This document shows, in pieces, positions 12,578-27,960 of a DNA stretch of 64,000 nucleotides. The number at the start of each line of letters is the position of its first letter. Positions within the stretch are counted from its first letter, which is position 1. This stretch comes from Octopus sinensis (taxonomy: Eukaryota). Location: positions 43,090,001 through 43,154,000 of the forward strand of contig NC_043008.1 in the NCBI RefSeq assembly GCF_006345805.1, written 5' to 3'. Under the pieces are notes generated by a model that ran no database searches, had not been told where the DNA came from, and saw only the letters and a list, made by a program, of their open reading frames with translations. Both the position numbers and the translations under genes were made by a program.

Positions 12578-12791
12578 TCTTTACTACTCTAGGCACAAAG
12601 ACCGAAATTTTTGGGGAGGGGGTACAGTCGTTTAGATCGACCCCAGTACGCAGTTGATACTTAATTTATTGAATCCGAAAGGATTAAAGGCATAGTCGAT
12701 ATCGGCGGAATTTGAACTCAGAACGTAGACAGACGAAATACCGCAAAGTATTTCGCCCTGTGAGCTAACGATTCTGCCAGCTCGCCGCCTT
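12578..12791 (-). mobile_element. Full-length SINE family A (tail type i) with 13-bp TSD
   Basis: Minus strand head AAGGCGGCGAGCTGGCAGAATCG, B-box GAGTTCAAATTCC. Flanked by ccaacagacatat at 12565-12577 and 12792-12804. Confidence 0.9.
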
Positions 12792-12805
12792 CCAACAGAC
12801 ATATA

Positions 12806-12931
12806 TTCTTTCTACTCTAGGCACAAGGCCCGAATTTTTTTGGAAGTGAGCCAGTCGATTTCATCGACCCCAGTACGCAACTGGTACTTAATTTATCGAC
12901 CCCGAAAGGATTAAGGGCAAAGTCGACCTCC
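12806..12931 (-). mobile_element. 5'-truncated SINE family A (tail type i)
   Basis: Same tail and body as the previous copy, ending at gtcgacctc. gacatatatt flanks both sides. Confidence 0.85.
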
Positions 12932-14355
12932 GAACTGACATATATTTTAAGTAAAATGATTTAGTTTTAACCGGGGATCGAAATCGGACCCCAGTCTCAA
13001 CAGAGAAATGGTTCAACTCTTTAATAATATTGGGAGATCACTGGATAATTTTAATAATTCTTCAGATAATCCATTTTTAATAGCTGGTATTAGTTGATGT
13101 GATAAGTTCTCTTGAATGCCAGTTTATCAGAAGAATGCTATCAGTTGGATTATCTCGTAGGAACCTATTGATTTTGTGGCTTCATTAAAATAATTAATTA
13201 AACAGAAATGATTACACCCTACTTTAATCAAAGAAGAAAATGCAGCGACGAAAATGTTAAATGAATGAGAACAAAAGTGAAATGGGAGAAGGGATCCCTT
13301 GCTATGAACTGTTCTGGTTTATAAAAATTATCATCATCACTTTGCAATTTTCGATCGTTGTAAATTATGGAATTATTGTGTGAAATGGCTTTCGGAATCT
13401 CATTGTAACCTAATTAAAGACGACAGAAGTCTCTTTAACAAAACGTTTTCCAATATAGTAAATCAGGCTCTCATTGTTTTGACGGTAATTTCTAAGTATT
13501 AAACTTCATCATATTGAAATATAAAAAGCGACTCATATAAACCATTATTTAAATTTTCATCTCAAATACTAAACAATATGGTGGAGCAGCGGAAATGAAG
13601 GAAGTCGATCTCTTCTGTTTAGAATCACATTTTGTATCTAATCCCAGAGCATTCTCATTTGGTTTCATCAGACATGAAAAGAAATCCCTCCCATTGTTCC
13701 GTAAATGACTTGAGAGAAATAAAGTAGACTTCGAAAGGATGTCGAATCACTGGAATGTCTGAGTAAAAGTCTTGTTGTTGTTGTAATATCGTGAAGGCGA
13801 ATAGAACAGTGTGGAGGGATCCTCTTTACTCTGGCAGCAATAAATGTGTAACGTTGGCACTCTTGTTGTGGTGGTTGTTGATGATGATGCTGTTTTCGTT
13901 GATAAGTTCGAAGTGAGCCAAGAAGAGCCAGGAAAACGGAATGGTGATTCTCTTATCGCAGAGACCGAGCTTCTGCCTTTAGTAGAAATGATTATTATTA
14001 TTACTGTTGTTGTTATTATTATTATTATTATTAAAGAAAAAAAATAGAGAGCCTATTTAACGATAAAAGACTTTAATGAATACTAAACAAACTATTTGAC
14101 TGAGTTGTTTAAATATTATGAAATTTCATTTCAGAATTTCTTTTTAAAGACAATTTGAAAACAGAAGTAGAAATGAGAACTTTATAAAAACGTCTGGGAT
14201 GGTTTCTGTGTGTGTGTGTGTGTGTGATTGAGTGTGTGTGTGTGTGTGTGTGTTATTGAGTGTGTGTGTGTGTGTATGTGTGTGATTAAGTGTGTGTGTG
14301 TCTGCAATGTCATTAACTTGTTTAATATATTTTGACGTCCAGAAGTAAATATTTA

Positions 14356-14429
<74 letters not shown>

Positions 14430-15049
14430 CCTATCTATTTATCTATCTATAGGTGTATGTATATAATCTATGTATTTGTATATATATATATGCATGAATG
14501 TATGTTAATATACATATGCATAAATTCATGCATTGATAGATACGCCCACATACGCTCATACACGCACGAACGCACGCACGCACGCACACATATCTTCGTA
14601 TGCGTGTCTGTGAGTGTATATATGATTGAGCATACAACACAGTATGTTTCGTATTAGAATATCTATGTGAACCAGTTTCGATGTATTCAACGAGACACAT
14701 CTATCAATCGACCGTTAACCATATTGATTTGCTGCCGAATACGTCTCCATGATGGGATTCGATATAAGCATAACACAAGATGCGCTGAAACACACGTCAT
14801 TTACAGGGTAGTCCCACTTATTATCTATTTGCACATGCAAGATGTAAGTATTGTGGTCAGTGATGGAACACGTAGGAAGGTGCATTAGGTCGTTAGATTG
14901 ACACGGCCAGATGGCAGATCGATCGGTGGATGTTCTATAAATACACCTATATTTATACACATACACACACACACACACACATATACTTACACATATATAT
15001 TTCTTTACCTCTCTTTCGTTATTTATCTATCTATTTATACATATGTATG

Positions 15050-15093
<44 letters not shown>

Positions 15094-15111
15094 ATATATA
15101 TATAATATATA

Positions 15112-15169
<58 letters not shown>

Positions 15170-15311
15170 TATATTTATGTACACACACACACATATATAT
15201 AGTTATCTATGTATCCTTATCAACGTCGGTTTCTTTACCTATCCATTCATCCATTGATTCATCTATCTACTCACCTACCCTACTATCTATCTATTTATCT
15301 ATCTATTTATC

Positions 15312-15404
<93 letters not shown>

Positions 15405-15460
15405 GTCTGTCTGTCTATTTGTCCGTCTGTCTGTGTCTATAGTTATATGCATTTTCGATA

Positions 15461-15513
<53 letters not shown>

Positions 15514-16657
15514 CTACACATGAATATATATACGTATATATATTATTAAATAAGTATATATACATACACAGGCGCGCAAACACACACACACGCACGCACA
15601 CATATATTCCTGCATTTATATATCTTTTTACCGACATGTATACATGCATGAGCATAATCGCGTGTATGTTTGCATATAAACAGTTAATTATAGATGCACG
15701 TATTCGTTTAAACATAGTCATAGGATTAAAAACGTATAGCTCCGTAGTTTGCTTAATCGATAACCTATTATATAGACATGACCCCAACCCACAAATGCGA
15801 AAGAATAAAAATGAGAGCAAAAAATGAAAAGAAAAACAATTGAGGACGGCCATATTGGTTGTTGCTTTGATATGAGAACGAGGCTCACAAGTGGATCGCT
15901 TGATTAATGACACGTCGCAGAAAATGTCTTAGCAGATCGATGGTTCTGGAAATGAATTCTTAAACTTGGTGTCGGCATCTATGAGTTCTAAAGATACCAT
16001 GAGGTGGAATTTATTAAAAGACTTAAACATGGCCGTATCAATGTAGAGGTCTGGCCAAAGATCGTTTGATGGAGTTTTATCGATCTTGTTGCAGATCAAA
16101 GTGTTCGAAGATGATTGAATGAACTGACTGGAATTTCTGTGGCGATAAGAACACGAGATCGATTTCTTATAGCAGCTTGAGTTTGTCTTGCATACGCCGA
16201 TGTATAAATAGACATACACGTGTATACGCATGCGCGTTTTCTTACATGTATACACACAGGTAAATACATATGCACTTACACATCTGACATCATTTTGTTT
16301 AGTATATACACAGTGACATAAATATACGGATAGGCTTGAACACACACGTACAAACAAACACATCTACTAATATATACGAATGTATAAATCTCCCATTTGC
16401 AAATATACTTACATACATACATATATTCATACACACACACACACACAGATCGTTAGCCACTACACACATATTTTTCTCTCCTTGTTTCTCCCCTTGTTTT
16501 TTCTGTGTCCCTTTCTGTAGAAGAGCGTAGGCTGGAAGCGTAAAAGACTTTTTCTATTCTTGAGTGCTATACTAATTCATCTGTTTGTTTTGTACACCAC
16601 CTGTCTTCGTCTTTTGTTTTTTTTTTCGTATACTCTCCCTATATATATCTATATATC

Positions 16658-16697
<40 letters not shown>

Positions 16698-16936
16698 TGG
16701 TGTATATATATGTATGTAAATATTTAAACATACATAAATACATATTGTTGCATATATATATATATGTACACATTCACTAACATGTTCAAAAATGCTTGCC
16801 ACCATATTCACTTAACACCAGCCTTGTCACATTTGAAGTAATCGGTTTGAAATACGCCACGAGGGACTTTCATGTATGTCAAGGAATATTATGTTTATCC
16901 GGTAGCGAGTGCACGTGCACCTATGTCAAAATATTA

Positions 16937-17205
16937 CTGGTATTCCGTCGGTTACGACGACGAGGGTTCCAGCTGATTCCATCAACCGAACAGCCTGCCG
17001 TTGCAATTAACGTCCAAGTGGCTGAGTACTCCACAGACACGCATAACCTTAACGTAGTACTCAGTGAGATTCGGCGTAATTCAAAGTACCAAGGCTGGCC
17101 CAGTGAATTACTGGAACAATTCATTCCTGCCAGCTGAATGGACGAGTGCAGAGTGAGGTGAAGTGTCTTGCTCAAGGACACAAAACAGCGTCAGGAATCT
17201 CACTA
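16937..17205 (-). mobile_element. SINE family B (head type 1, head largely lost)
   Basis: Shared body (cgacgagggttccagctgat ... aagtggctgagtactccacagacac) plus the central domain aagtgtcttgctcaaggacaca. Confidence 0.8.
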
Positions 17206-17386
17206 ACAACCGTAAACCCGTGAATTGAATCCCCTAAACCCAAATTCGCTTTTGTTATTTATAATCCAACGATGGAGCTTTGTATCATTGTTAGAAAGTA
17301 GCTCCATCCTCAGAGGAAGGAGCCAGATAATTGAAAACAACAACAACAAAACATACACACATATATACGCATACAGATCTGTTACC

Positions 17387-17607
17387 TATTTCTTTACTAC
17401 CCACAAGTGGCTAAACAGAGGGGACAAACAAAGACAGACAAAGGGATTAAGTCGATTACATCGATCCCAGTGCGTAAATGGTACTTAATTTATCGACCCC
17501 GAAAGGATGAAAGGCAAAGTCGGCCTCGGCGGAATTTGAACTCAGAATGTAACGGCAGACGAAATACGGCTACGCATTTCGCCCGGCGTGCTAACGTTTC
17601 TGCCAGC
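17387..17607 (-). mobile_element. SINE family A (tail type ii) with 9-bp TSD
   Basis: Family A head and body. tctgttacc at 17378-17386 and 17608-17616. Confidence 0.9.
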
Positions 17608-18194
17608 TCTGTTACCATTCAGTTGTGAATAACATTGGCGTGACATAGTATGCACTTCCGATCAATACTATGTGAAACTTTATTGCTACAAACATCAGTT
17701 TTGTTAAATAAATTTATTCCTTTCCTGGAATTCATCGAAGAAACGTTTCATTCGATTGCCTAGTGGTATTCGTCTGAACCCCGATTCCACCAAATATAGA
17801 TTTCTTGCTAACAATATGACTACACGCGACAGCAGCTGCAAAACTGGTAAAGAACGAAAGAAAAACAATATCGAAAATGGAAATACAATTGTACGAATTA
17901 CAGAAGACATATATTGTAAATAATTTCTTGGGATTGTGGAGTCAATAATGACATTCTTTTGTTATTTCTTGCAAATATGGCGATACGGAGATCCCTCGGC
18001 GTGTTGCATGAATAAGAATGAAATTATATTGGGACAAACTTCAGCGAAAGTTTAATTATTTTACGGACAAACAATTACGCAAGCAAGTCACATTTGTTGA
18101 ATGTACGAGAAAGTTGTTGATTCTAATATTGATTTCACTTTCAAAAGATACACTTGACGACAAATAGAAGTGAACGGTTATATTCGGCGAATAC

Positions 18195-18265
18195 ACATGA
18201 CGTCACCAACACGTGACAACAGATGAAAGTCCACAATGGCGATCGTCCACCGCTCACTTCCGTTG
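18195..18265. promoter_or_regulatory. Candidate promoter/enhancer motif cluster (CRE, E-box, YY1-like, ETS-like)
   Basis: TGACGTCA 18198-18205, CACGTGAC 18210-18217, CACAATGGCG about 18232-18241 and ACTTCCG 18256-18262, all within 65 bp of CpG-richer unique sequence. Motif match only. Confidence 0.35.
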
Positions 18266-18505
18266 ACAATACTAATGGCCACGAAATAATTCCATTATGA
18301 GCAGAAATAATATGAAGAATTGGAATGTATTTTTAATGCATTGTTTCTAAAAACCATTATTTCGTTTTTAAAATTCCACTGCGAGGTAAAACATTGAAAT
18401 TAAGGATGAAAGCTCTCAATGAAATCAATAAATCAACATTGTGGTAAATAAACTCCTCTTTACATTATATGTACCTGTGTTTGTGTGTGTGTATGTATAT
18501 ATGTG

Positions 18506-18608
<103 letters not shown>

Positions 18609-18673
18609 ATATCTCCTTCTGTCTAATATATATTATATATATATATACATATACACACATCATACACATATTA

Positions 18674-18742
<69 letters not shown>

Positions 18743-20143
18743 TTATATTTATTTATATACACAAACATACATACATACAGATATATGTCCTTGATTGCTA
18801 GTGTCCTTGTCATTTATGCTCTATACTCGAAAACGCAAGTTTCTGAAAAATATGTATATTCAGTTCTTTCATCAGCTTATTAGTATCATTATACCCAAAT
18901 GAAATATTAGAAATATATATGATATGATATATACATATTATATATATATATATATATATAGATATATATTATATATATATATATATATATAATATATATA
19001 TTTTTTTGCTTCACCGTGTATAGACCATAGAAAATAGTCAAAAGGTGAAATCTTGAATTCTATTAACAATATTCTATTCGCCGCCCTTTTCTGATTCATA
19101 CACGATTCGCGCATGTTTCCCCCCATACACATACATACACACCCTTATGTATTTCTCTGTGTGTGTGTTTGTGTGTGTTACCTCCTTTCAATGGTTTAAA
19201 ACTAACTCGAAGATACTAACTACAGAAGTCAACAACGACGTACATTCATACTCACACAAACACACACGCACCCCAATTCACACACATGCACATACACACA
19301 GATATGCTCTGTACAATTGTTAAAAATTCACTCAAAGACAATACAGAAATCAGTAAAGAGAAAACAATAAAAAAAAATGCCGACGTGAATTTGAGAAACG
19401 GAAAATAATGATGGCTGATAAATGGAAACTATTAGTTCTGCAGCGATAAACAGCAGAAATCAGATAAAGAAGTTCTCGCGTTACCAATAAAATTTGGTAA
19501 AGAAAATCTGAAAATTTTAAGCAGATTCTGCAAAAGAACATTTCAATATGAATGTATCATTGTCAAACGGGCAAAAGTAAAGAACTCCATCATCCAAAAC
19601 TGAAAGAAAAATTAGCAAAATTTTCAGTCTAAATAAATCTTTTGTCAAAGAAAGGGCGAAGGGTGAGTCAAAAACTGGAACTGCATCGGCTTTGATGACG
19701 TGTGTTCTGTTGACCTAATCAATGGAACATCGCTCTCGTGAAATAACGTGCAGAGACAAATGTATTCATAAATTCACTTCGTATGAGACAGAGGAATTCA
19801 TTCGGGAGAAAGTTTCTTCAGACCTTGAAAGTATTCGAATGTCTTATCTATGGAATAACAGAAAAATAATTGTGCATCTTCTACCAGATCTGTTTCGGAT
19901 CAATTGATTCTTAGTGAAAACCTGACAGTATTGGTCCATAACCCACAATGTTTTGAAATCTTATCAAGATACTGCATAAACAGCTGATTACTGTGTGGTT
20001 AGAAAATATCCAAAAAGTGGTAATATCCTTGCATTCTCAGTTACTGTTACCTTAAATTCCTCACTAACATACCCCAGCCATATTTTATCTATAGTTGCTT
20101 ATCTAGACATACTCATATATATTTAAATGCTAAACTTCTGGAA

Positions 20144-20186
20144 AGGTGGTGATCCAGCATGACCACAGTCAAATGACTGAAACTAG
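20144..20186 (+). mobile_element. SINE family C / CR1-type 3' tail fragment
   Basis: aggtggtgatccagcatgaccacagtcaaatgactgaaac matches the tail of 45305-45720 and the LINE 3' end at 58175-58215. Confidence 0.65.
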
Positions 20187-20729
20187 CAATGGGAATGGGA
20201 TATTTTTACTGTTCCAGTGATGGATTGTATCTGTATTCTTTGAATCAGCTTTCTCCTTTCTGGTTTTGAGACGCCTAACGCCTCAAGGTTAGTATTTAGA
20301 CAGTGTGTTATATATGCCAGGGCTCCAATAATTACAGGTATCAACCCGAACTTATAATTTGGAAAGAGTAAAGGCAGATTTTTCAGTAGGTCAGCCTAAT
20401 GTAAGTACGTACGTACGTATGTATGTATATATGTATGTATGTATCTATCTCTCTCTCATTTTATGGGCGTATGTAAATATATATTGGTTTCCATAGCAAC
20501 AACACTGACTGGAAACTCTCTAACCTACATGTGCATTTAGATATACAAATATATATGCATGTGGCGTGTATCGGTGTATATATGTACTTGTATATGTGTA
20601 CATATATGAATATGTATATATATGTATGTATATATATATATATTATATATATACACACACTTGTGTATACCTATATAGACCATTCATGTATGTATAACCT
20701 AATACATATTTGCTTGCATGTATTTACGA

Positions 20730-20800
<71 letters not shown>

Positions 20801-22172
20801 CATTATGATTATTATTATTTTCATCATCATCCTTATCATCAGCATCATCATCATCATCATCATCATCATTATTATTATGATTTTGGAAATTTTAATCGAT
20901 GAACGGTGTCGGTGGCAGTTTTGAAATTTTGATGTGTTCCGTTGCGGAAAGGACAACGCCTCACTTGCCTCAAACGCAGACACACAACTACAGACAGACA
21001 CGCACGCGCGTACACTCTCTCTCTCATACACACACATGCACACACACATACACACACACACAAACACACACATGCACGCACACATGAACACACATGAACA
21101 CTCACGTGTGTGAGTGTGTGTATGTGTGCGTATATATATATATATATATAATATATATATATATATATACACACTTGTTGGGAGTCTATAGTTCCAGTTA
21201 GTGTTCTTGGGATGGAAACCGATATTAAATTACGTACGTTCATGTGCGTGTGTGTATATGAATGTATGTGTATACATGGGCGTGTTTATGTGTGTGTATG
21301 TATATGCATGTATATGAATGTCTGTATATATTCGTATGTGTATTTCTGTGTATGTGTGGCTATATGTGAATGCATGTATATGTGTTTGCGTGTTTGTGAG
21401 ATGTTAGCTTTATATCGGAGTTTTGTGTGTGTTGTCATGAATGGCCATCCAACCGAACTACAAAGTCAATAGTTTGACTGGTTTTAATCTTATTGGACAG
21501 AATACACTTCACACACTGCTTCCTAGTAGAACGAACTACAAGCATTCATCGATATCAACACTCATACTGCCTCTTCATTTTATCTCTTCCTCCCTCTCTT
21601 CCAGATTCTCACCTTTCTTTCTCTCGGAGAAGAGAAAAAAGATATGGATGATTCAGCCAATGGCAAACGTTGCTGATAAAGAATTTAAAAAAAAGAAAAG
21701 CTAACAACTTTACGAAAACAGAATTGGAAAAACTATTCAGAGATAATCAACAGCGAAGCTGACTAATAGTGTGTGGAACAAGCAGTGAAATGGCAAATGA
21801 AAGGACGAAATCCTGAGGCATTGCTTTAATAAAGCCACAACAGAATGACCTTAGAAACGAAACAATGATCACGTTAAATAGAAGAACGAACTCACAACAG
21901 AATGTAGAAAACCGGTTCAAATATTTAAAGGTGAAAGTTTATGAATGATGATGCCAGGAGCAAGAAACTCGAACTATGTGGAAAAAAAAGGAAACGAAAA
22001 AGAGAATTGTTTTTAACTAAACAATATTTTCAAAACAAGTAATTTCTTTTAGTATTGACAATTGTTTTTCATTTTTATCGACAAACAATGACATTTGAAG
22101 ATAGAGACACACTCTCACATATATGTTGATTTACATCCACCTACGTACGTAGCTACAGATGTACATACACTC

Positions 22173-22280
<108 letters not shown>

Positions 22281-22281
22281 A

Positions 22282-22329
<48 letters not shown>

Positions 22330-22401
22330 GTAACACAGTGGAGGTAAGGATGCACAGGAGTCTTTAGTCACCTGTCAATCACAACAAGGACCCCAGACAG
22401 A

Positions 22402-22450
22402 TTTTACCCCAGTGTCACTTTGATGGCATGCACTGCTTTCTCACTCACTC

Positions 22451-22451
<1 letters not shown>
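22402..22451 (+). mobile_element. 3' end of the (TAA)n-associated retroposon
   Basis: ttttaccccagtgtcactttgatggcatgcactgc ... tcactc followed by (AAT)n, the same terminus as 46320-46872. Confidence 0.75.
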
Positions 22452-22513
<62 letters not shown>

Positions 22514-23134
22514 CTTTCATTTATTTGCCATCGAGAGCGAAATATTAGGGGGCCAATACAGAAACAGACACAAAGTGTTGGGGTTTACATATAATGGAGT
22601 GATATCTTGCGTATACGAACAGATGTATAACTGGTTATTGTGTTTAGAGATCCTGGTAGATTATAATATTCCAGTCTGCCACCGCGTCGAAACGTACGTT
22701 GGAACTAATATATAAACTTGACCTTATCTTAATTTCTCCTATATTCCTTATATGAACAGTAGCCGCATTAGAATAAAACGGCCGTTTACGTACCAAGATT
22801 CACGTAAGTACGTCATGTAATGTGATGAAGAATTTCTGCGGTATTCGCCTGATAGTGCCTCCTATGGACACTTTGTGATTAAACACACATAACGGTGGGA
22901 GGTTGGATTTTGTCAAAGTATGTTGGCTGAGGGCACACGTTCTACCGAAGTAGAAATACATCTAACGTTCTCACTCGCCATAGACAGGAATTCTGTCTAC
23001 CTCCGATATATATATATATTATTTTTAAATACAGCGCGCCTATTCGAGGAATACCGCAGTGAATTTTGCCTTTCAATGACGTATATATATTTAGTATGAT
23101 ACATAAATAAATACATAGTTATACGAATATATAC

Positions 23135-23268
<134 letters not shown>

Positions 23269-23473
23269 CGCTGTGTGTGTGTGTTTCTGCATATATACAT
23301 TAATACATTATTCACTATTTACTCAAAAACTTTAGTAAATGTGAATTTATCGATCTGACTGTTTCACCAACTCCTGTCATAAATATGATTTATTGCTCAA
23401 AACCTCCTGAAAATTCAATACATTGGTATTGTGTTGTTGTTGTTGTTGTTGTTGTTGTGTTCTTCTTCTTCTT

Positions 23474-23504
<31 letters not shown>

Positions 23505-24349
23505 TTATTATTATTATTATTATTATTATATTATTATTATTATTATTACAATTATCCCTGAGATATTCAAATAACCACAATGGAGCAAGGACCTAATCCA
23601 TTAATATCACGTCCTTTCCCTTAGGGTTCCAGTAATGAAACAATAAAATGTAGAACAAGTCAACCGAGGAAGACCTAGCCTCTGGGGTCGGTAAAGCACG
23701 CACAGAGCGTTATATAATTGGCGACTTCATCAGTTGCCTCTGGCTGTAGACTGCTATATATTGACCTTGTGCCGAGCCAAGAGAAATCACTGTTTTTTCT
23801 TGTTTCTGTTAGCTTTAAATCAAAATAATATTGTTTTCTTTACATCATCCTGAAGTCTGAGATGGTTTATCTACAGTTCATAGGAACGGATGAGGTCAAA
23901 CTGGCCTCCATTCTCTTCGCCGGGAGCAGAAAGAAAATCGAAAGCCATTCATAGATTCGTTGCTTCCCAACGTCAGATCGAATGCAAATTTTCTTTACGT
24001 GTTTATGCGTGTGTGGACGTATGTGTGTGTATGTGTGTGTGTATGTGGTGTGTGTGTGTGTGTGTGTGTGTGTGTATCTGTATGTAAATGTATGTGAATA
24101 TGCTCAAGGTCATAAATCGGTAAAGACGAGAAAACTGAAAAGAAAAAAAAAAGGAAAGTTCTGATGTTGAAGCTTTTCCGGGCTGAATAACTTCTTGAAT
24201 GAAACGGAGAAGTTCCAAGTGAAATCAGAAGGAAGTCTGTGAGATTGTGTGTCGTTCATTTCGTCCAGATGCGATGCTGTGATAGGTATCCCTTTTTAAA
24301 TATGATCAGTAAGGACAATTGCTACAAGCCATCTATAAGGGGCCATAAA

Positions 24350-24573
24350 CTCTCCCACAAGGGGCTAAACACAGAGAAGACAAACAAGGACAGACAAACA
24401 GATTAAGTCGATTGTATCGACCCCAGTGCGTAACTGGTACTTATTTCATCGACCCCGAAAGGTTGAAAGGCAAAGTCGACCTCGGCGGAATTTGAACTCG
24501 GAATGTAACGGCAGACGAAATACGGCTACGCATTTCGTCTGGCGTGCTAACGTTTCTGCCAGCTCGCCGCCTT
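24350..24573 (-). mobile_element. SINE family A (tail type ii)
   Basis: Near-identical to 17387-17607, with a complete head ctcgccgcctt. Confidence 0.9.
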
Positions 24574-25410
24574 TTGATAACTTACTACCTGCATACATAA
24601 TATTTTAGGAGAATGCTAACATAATAATTTCTTAAGTTGGTTAAAAGAAACTTGAGATTTATAAGTGACGAAATTAAGCTGTGTGGTTATTACACTTTCT
24701 CTCAGCTAATGATAAAGAAAGTATTAAACTTTTCTGAAATATTTCAATAACACGAACGACAGGAAACAGACCGAAATGAAGTCAAGGCTCGAGTTCGAAT
24801 GACATGTTGAGCGACGGTAAACTCTGCCCTTTTTCTCAATGTCACCCTATTACAAGAAATTGCCGACCTCTGGATACCTTAGACTGCGGGAATCTGGAAG
24901 CCAAATTAGTTATGCGCGCACACACACACACATACATACACACGCACACACAAATAGACTTCTTATATCAAATGAGAGGGAATATGGAGGTTCGGAAGGA
25001 GCGATTACCTCGTAACTGTCTGCAAGTATATTTTGGACAGGTGGCATGTAATATAGACGTTTTAGTTAGATTCACTTAAAATTGCAAACGAATCTAGAGG
25101 TGAATAATAGATGAAGCGTGCAGTGATATCTGTCTGGTTGAAGGGGTAGGAGGAGGATGGATGGGTGGAGAGGAGGAAGTTCATTGAAAAAGAAGAAAAG
25201 CTGACGATGAAGAGGAGAGACGAAGGGGGCGGGCGGGAATGGAGAGATGTTATATATACGATAGATTCAGTCTGGATAATACTGGAGAAAGCTGCTGGGC
25301 GATATGAAATATTCAATATAGCATTATACAACTTTGTATATGTCAAACCTGCCAATAATACGTCATATACATACATAAATACACATATATATAAATTTAT
25401 TTATTGACCC

Positions 25411-25508
<98 letters not shown>

Positions 25509-25660
25509 ATATATTATGTATATATATATATATACAACAAATTCAAACATATTTATATGAAAGTATATACATATTCATATATATGTATGTGTGTTTATAC
25601 ATATGTGCATAATATATACGTATGTTCATACATTACGCATCTGAGTACCTACATACATAC

Positions 25661-25693
<33 letters not shown>

Positions 25694-25707
25694 TGTATGT
25701 ATGTATG

Positions 25708-25739
<32 letters not shown>

Positions 25740-26025
25740 TACATATGTATAGCTGTGTATTTGGGATCAAATATGAATTACCAGATTGTAGTTTAGTTCT
25801 GCGATAAAATAAAAATGAAATTAAATCATGTAAAACTCTACGCATCGTTTTCTATTTCGCTGTAGTCCAGTACTGAGTACAGGTTTTGAAACTTAGCCTT
25901 ATTTGTTAATATATACACACATACATATAGATAGATTAAGCACGTGCCTATGCGTGAGCGCGTGTGTAGCAGTTACGTTCATACATGTTTATTCGTCCAC
26001 GTGGATGTGTATGTATGTATGTATG

Positions 26026-26057
<32 letters not shown>

Positions 26058-27437
26058 TGTATATATATAGATATATATATATAAAGAGAGAGTGAGAGAG
26101 TGTGAGAGCGAGAGGGAGAGTGAAAGAAAAGGAAAGGTAGAGAAGAGTAATGCGTTTTGAAATCTCAATAGATATCTGAGATGTGATGTCATATACGACA
26201 TTCGATATAAATAACGTATGTCTACCGAAACACAAGAGATACGTTGGTAGATAGGGCGTAGATTGATTTGTTATAGATAGATAAAGGGAGAGTGAGACAG
26301 AAAATTAATTAAAGAGAAGGAGAGAGAGAGAGTGAAAGACGAAGAGAGAGAGAGTGTGTGTGTGAAAAAGGACAAAAGATGAGAGGGTGGAAGAGAGAGC
26401 GGGAGAGAAGGAGAGAAAGGGTCTGTAAGTGAGTGGTTGTAAGAGATGTAAAATAGCTGTAATTCACTGAAAAAATTTTCTTTCTCTCTTTACAGTATTT
26501 TTACCACAGTCGAGTATGTGATTGGGAAGAGAATGAACGCCACAACTCCTTTATATATCTGCCACTGAAATTGATAAGATTGATTAGACTTAATTGATAT
26601 CGCTGTTTAATTAAAGTCGTCTATTAACTGCTGATCTATAATGGTTTCGTTCTCTCATTCTTAAGAAAAACTTTGAATGGCGTGATTTCATACTCCTTCC
26701 GCCATTTTTTTAGCGACTACTATATGTGTATGACTGTGTGTGTATACGAGTGCGTGTACGTGTATGTATATGTCTGTGAAAGCGTGTATATGTGTGTGCC
26801 TGTGTGTCTCTGTGTGTGTGCATGTGTGCGTGTGTTCATTTCATTATACGCCACCCTTAACCTATATATCTATTAGCTCGTAAGAGACAATAGTAATGGC
26901 TGCCAAAATAGATTCGGCTGTCCATTGAAGACTGGGAATAAAATGGTAAAAAGAATCTTAAAAGTTATCCTCCCAAAATATATTCAATGGCTGATATTAT
27001 CGTTAATGAACTTGAACAAATCACCATTAATCTATTTCTGTTTATTTTGATTTATTTTGAAGATATTCTTTATTGTTATCACTTTGATAATACTCGAAGG
27101 CAAAGGAACAAAGATGAAAGAAAGAAAAATGAAGTCATTGGAAATGGATGGAACTGCTACCGATGGAGAGATTAGCTGCTGATCCTGTTTACGATAAAGT
27201 TCCACGTTTCAAAACAATACAAGATATTACTGATATATTATTCATTTTTTTAAAGAATGATACAGTTCATTCTGTAAAAAGTCACCAAAATCATTTCAGT
27301 TATTGTGAGCGATTCTTAAAAACGCGAAATAATTTCAAGAATTTGAGGATTAATTTCTCTAAAAATTAAATTTTCATGTTCATGTAAAAAAAGAATTCTG
27401 GTGTTTGTGTGAAGGCGAGGTGACAGCAAAGGATACG

Positions 27438-27640
27438 TTATATAGCTGAATGAATGAATGTATGTATGTATGTATTAGATCAATATTTGTAATCATGTAG
27501 ATTATACAAACGTTCTTTGCACATAATGCGAGTTTGCTTCTCTGATGAGGACTAATAAAAGCGAAACGTATCCTTTTAATTGTTAGTCACTCCCTATTCT
27601 ACAAAATGTAATTCCATTATCTATATAAGCAGTGTATTTA
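27438..27640 (+). repeat. Copy 1 of a ~200-bp direct repeat containing a degenerate hammerhead-like core
   Basis: Matches 29751-29973 except for two substitutions and (TATG)n length. Contains CTGATGA (27542) ... GAAACGTA (27563-27570). Confidence 0.9.
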
Positions 27641-27892
27641 AAGTATGGCTGTTGAAATTAGAAACGAAGATTTTGACGTTTATGCATTGTCGGTAGAATG
27701 ATGAAATAATGGTATTCAATTGGTGGATTTCAGGGGAAAGTGTAGATTATTGGGGGAAGAGCCCCAAAACACAGACACACGCACAGACAGTCACACATAC
27801 ACACACAAAAACACAAACATATACAAGCATACATACGTATAAATATATGTATGTGTGTCTATGCATGTATGCATGTATGTATGTATGTAAGT

Positions 27893-27960
<68 letters not shown>

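Noticed and set aside
15929-16363. 144-aa minus-strand ORF
   Set aside because: The N-terminal half is microsatellite-derived and the remainder has no recognisable motif.
17704-17910. 68-aa minus-strand ORF as a real first exon
   Set aside because: No recognisable homology and no clear splice donor. The opposite strand is also open, so it is not diagnostic.
18815-18880. Minus-strand CTGATGA...GAAAC...GTA as a hammerhead
   Set aside because: No stem I, and the stem II geometry overlaps the GAAA.
23020-23062. Possible pogo/Tigger-like terminal inverted repeat (minus strand GTATTCCTCGAATAGGCGCG)
   Set aside because: No matching second TIR or transposase remnant found in the window.
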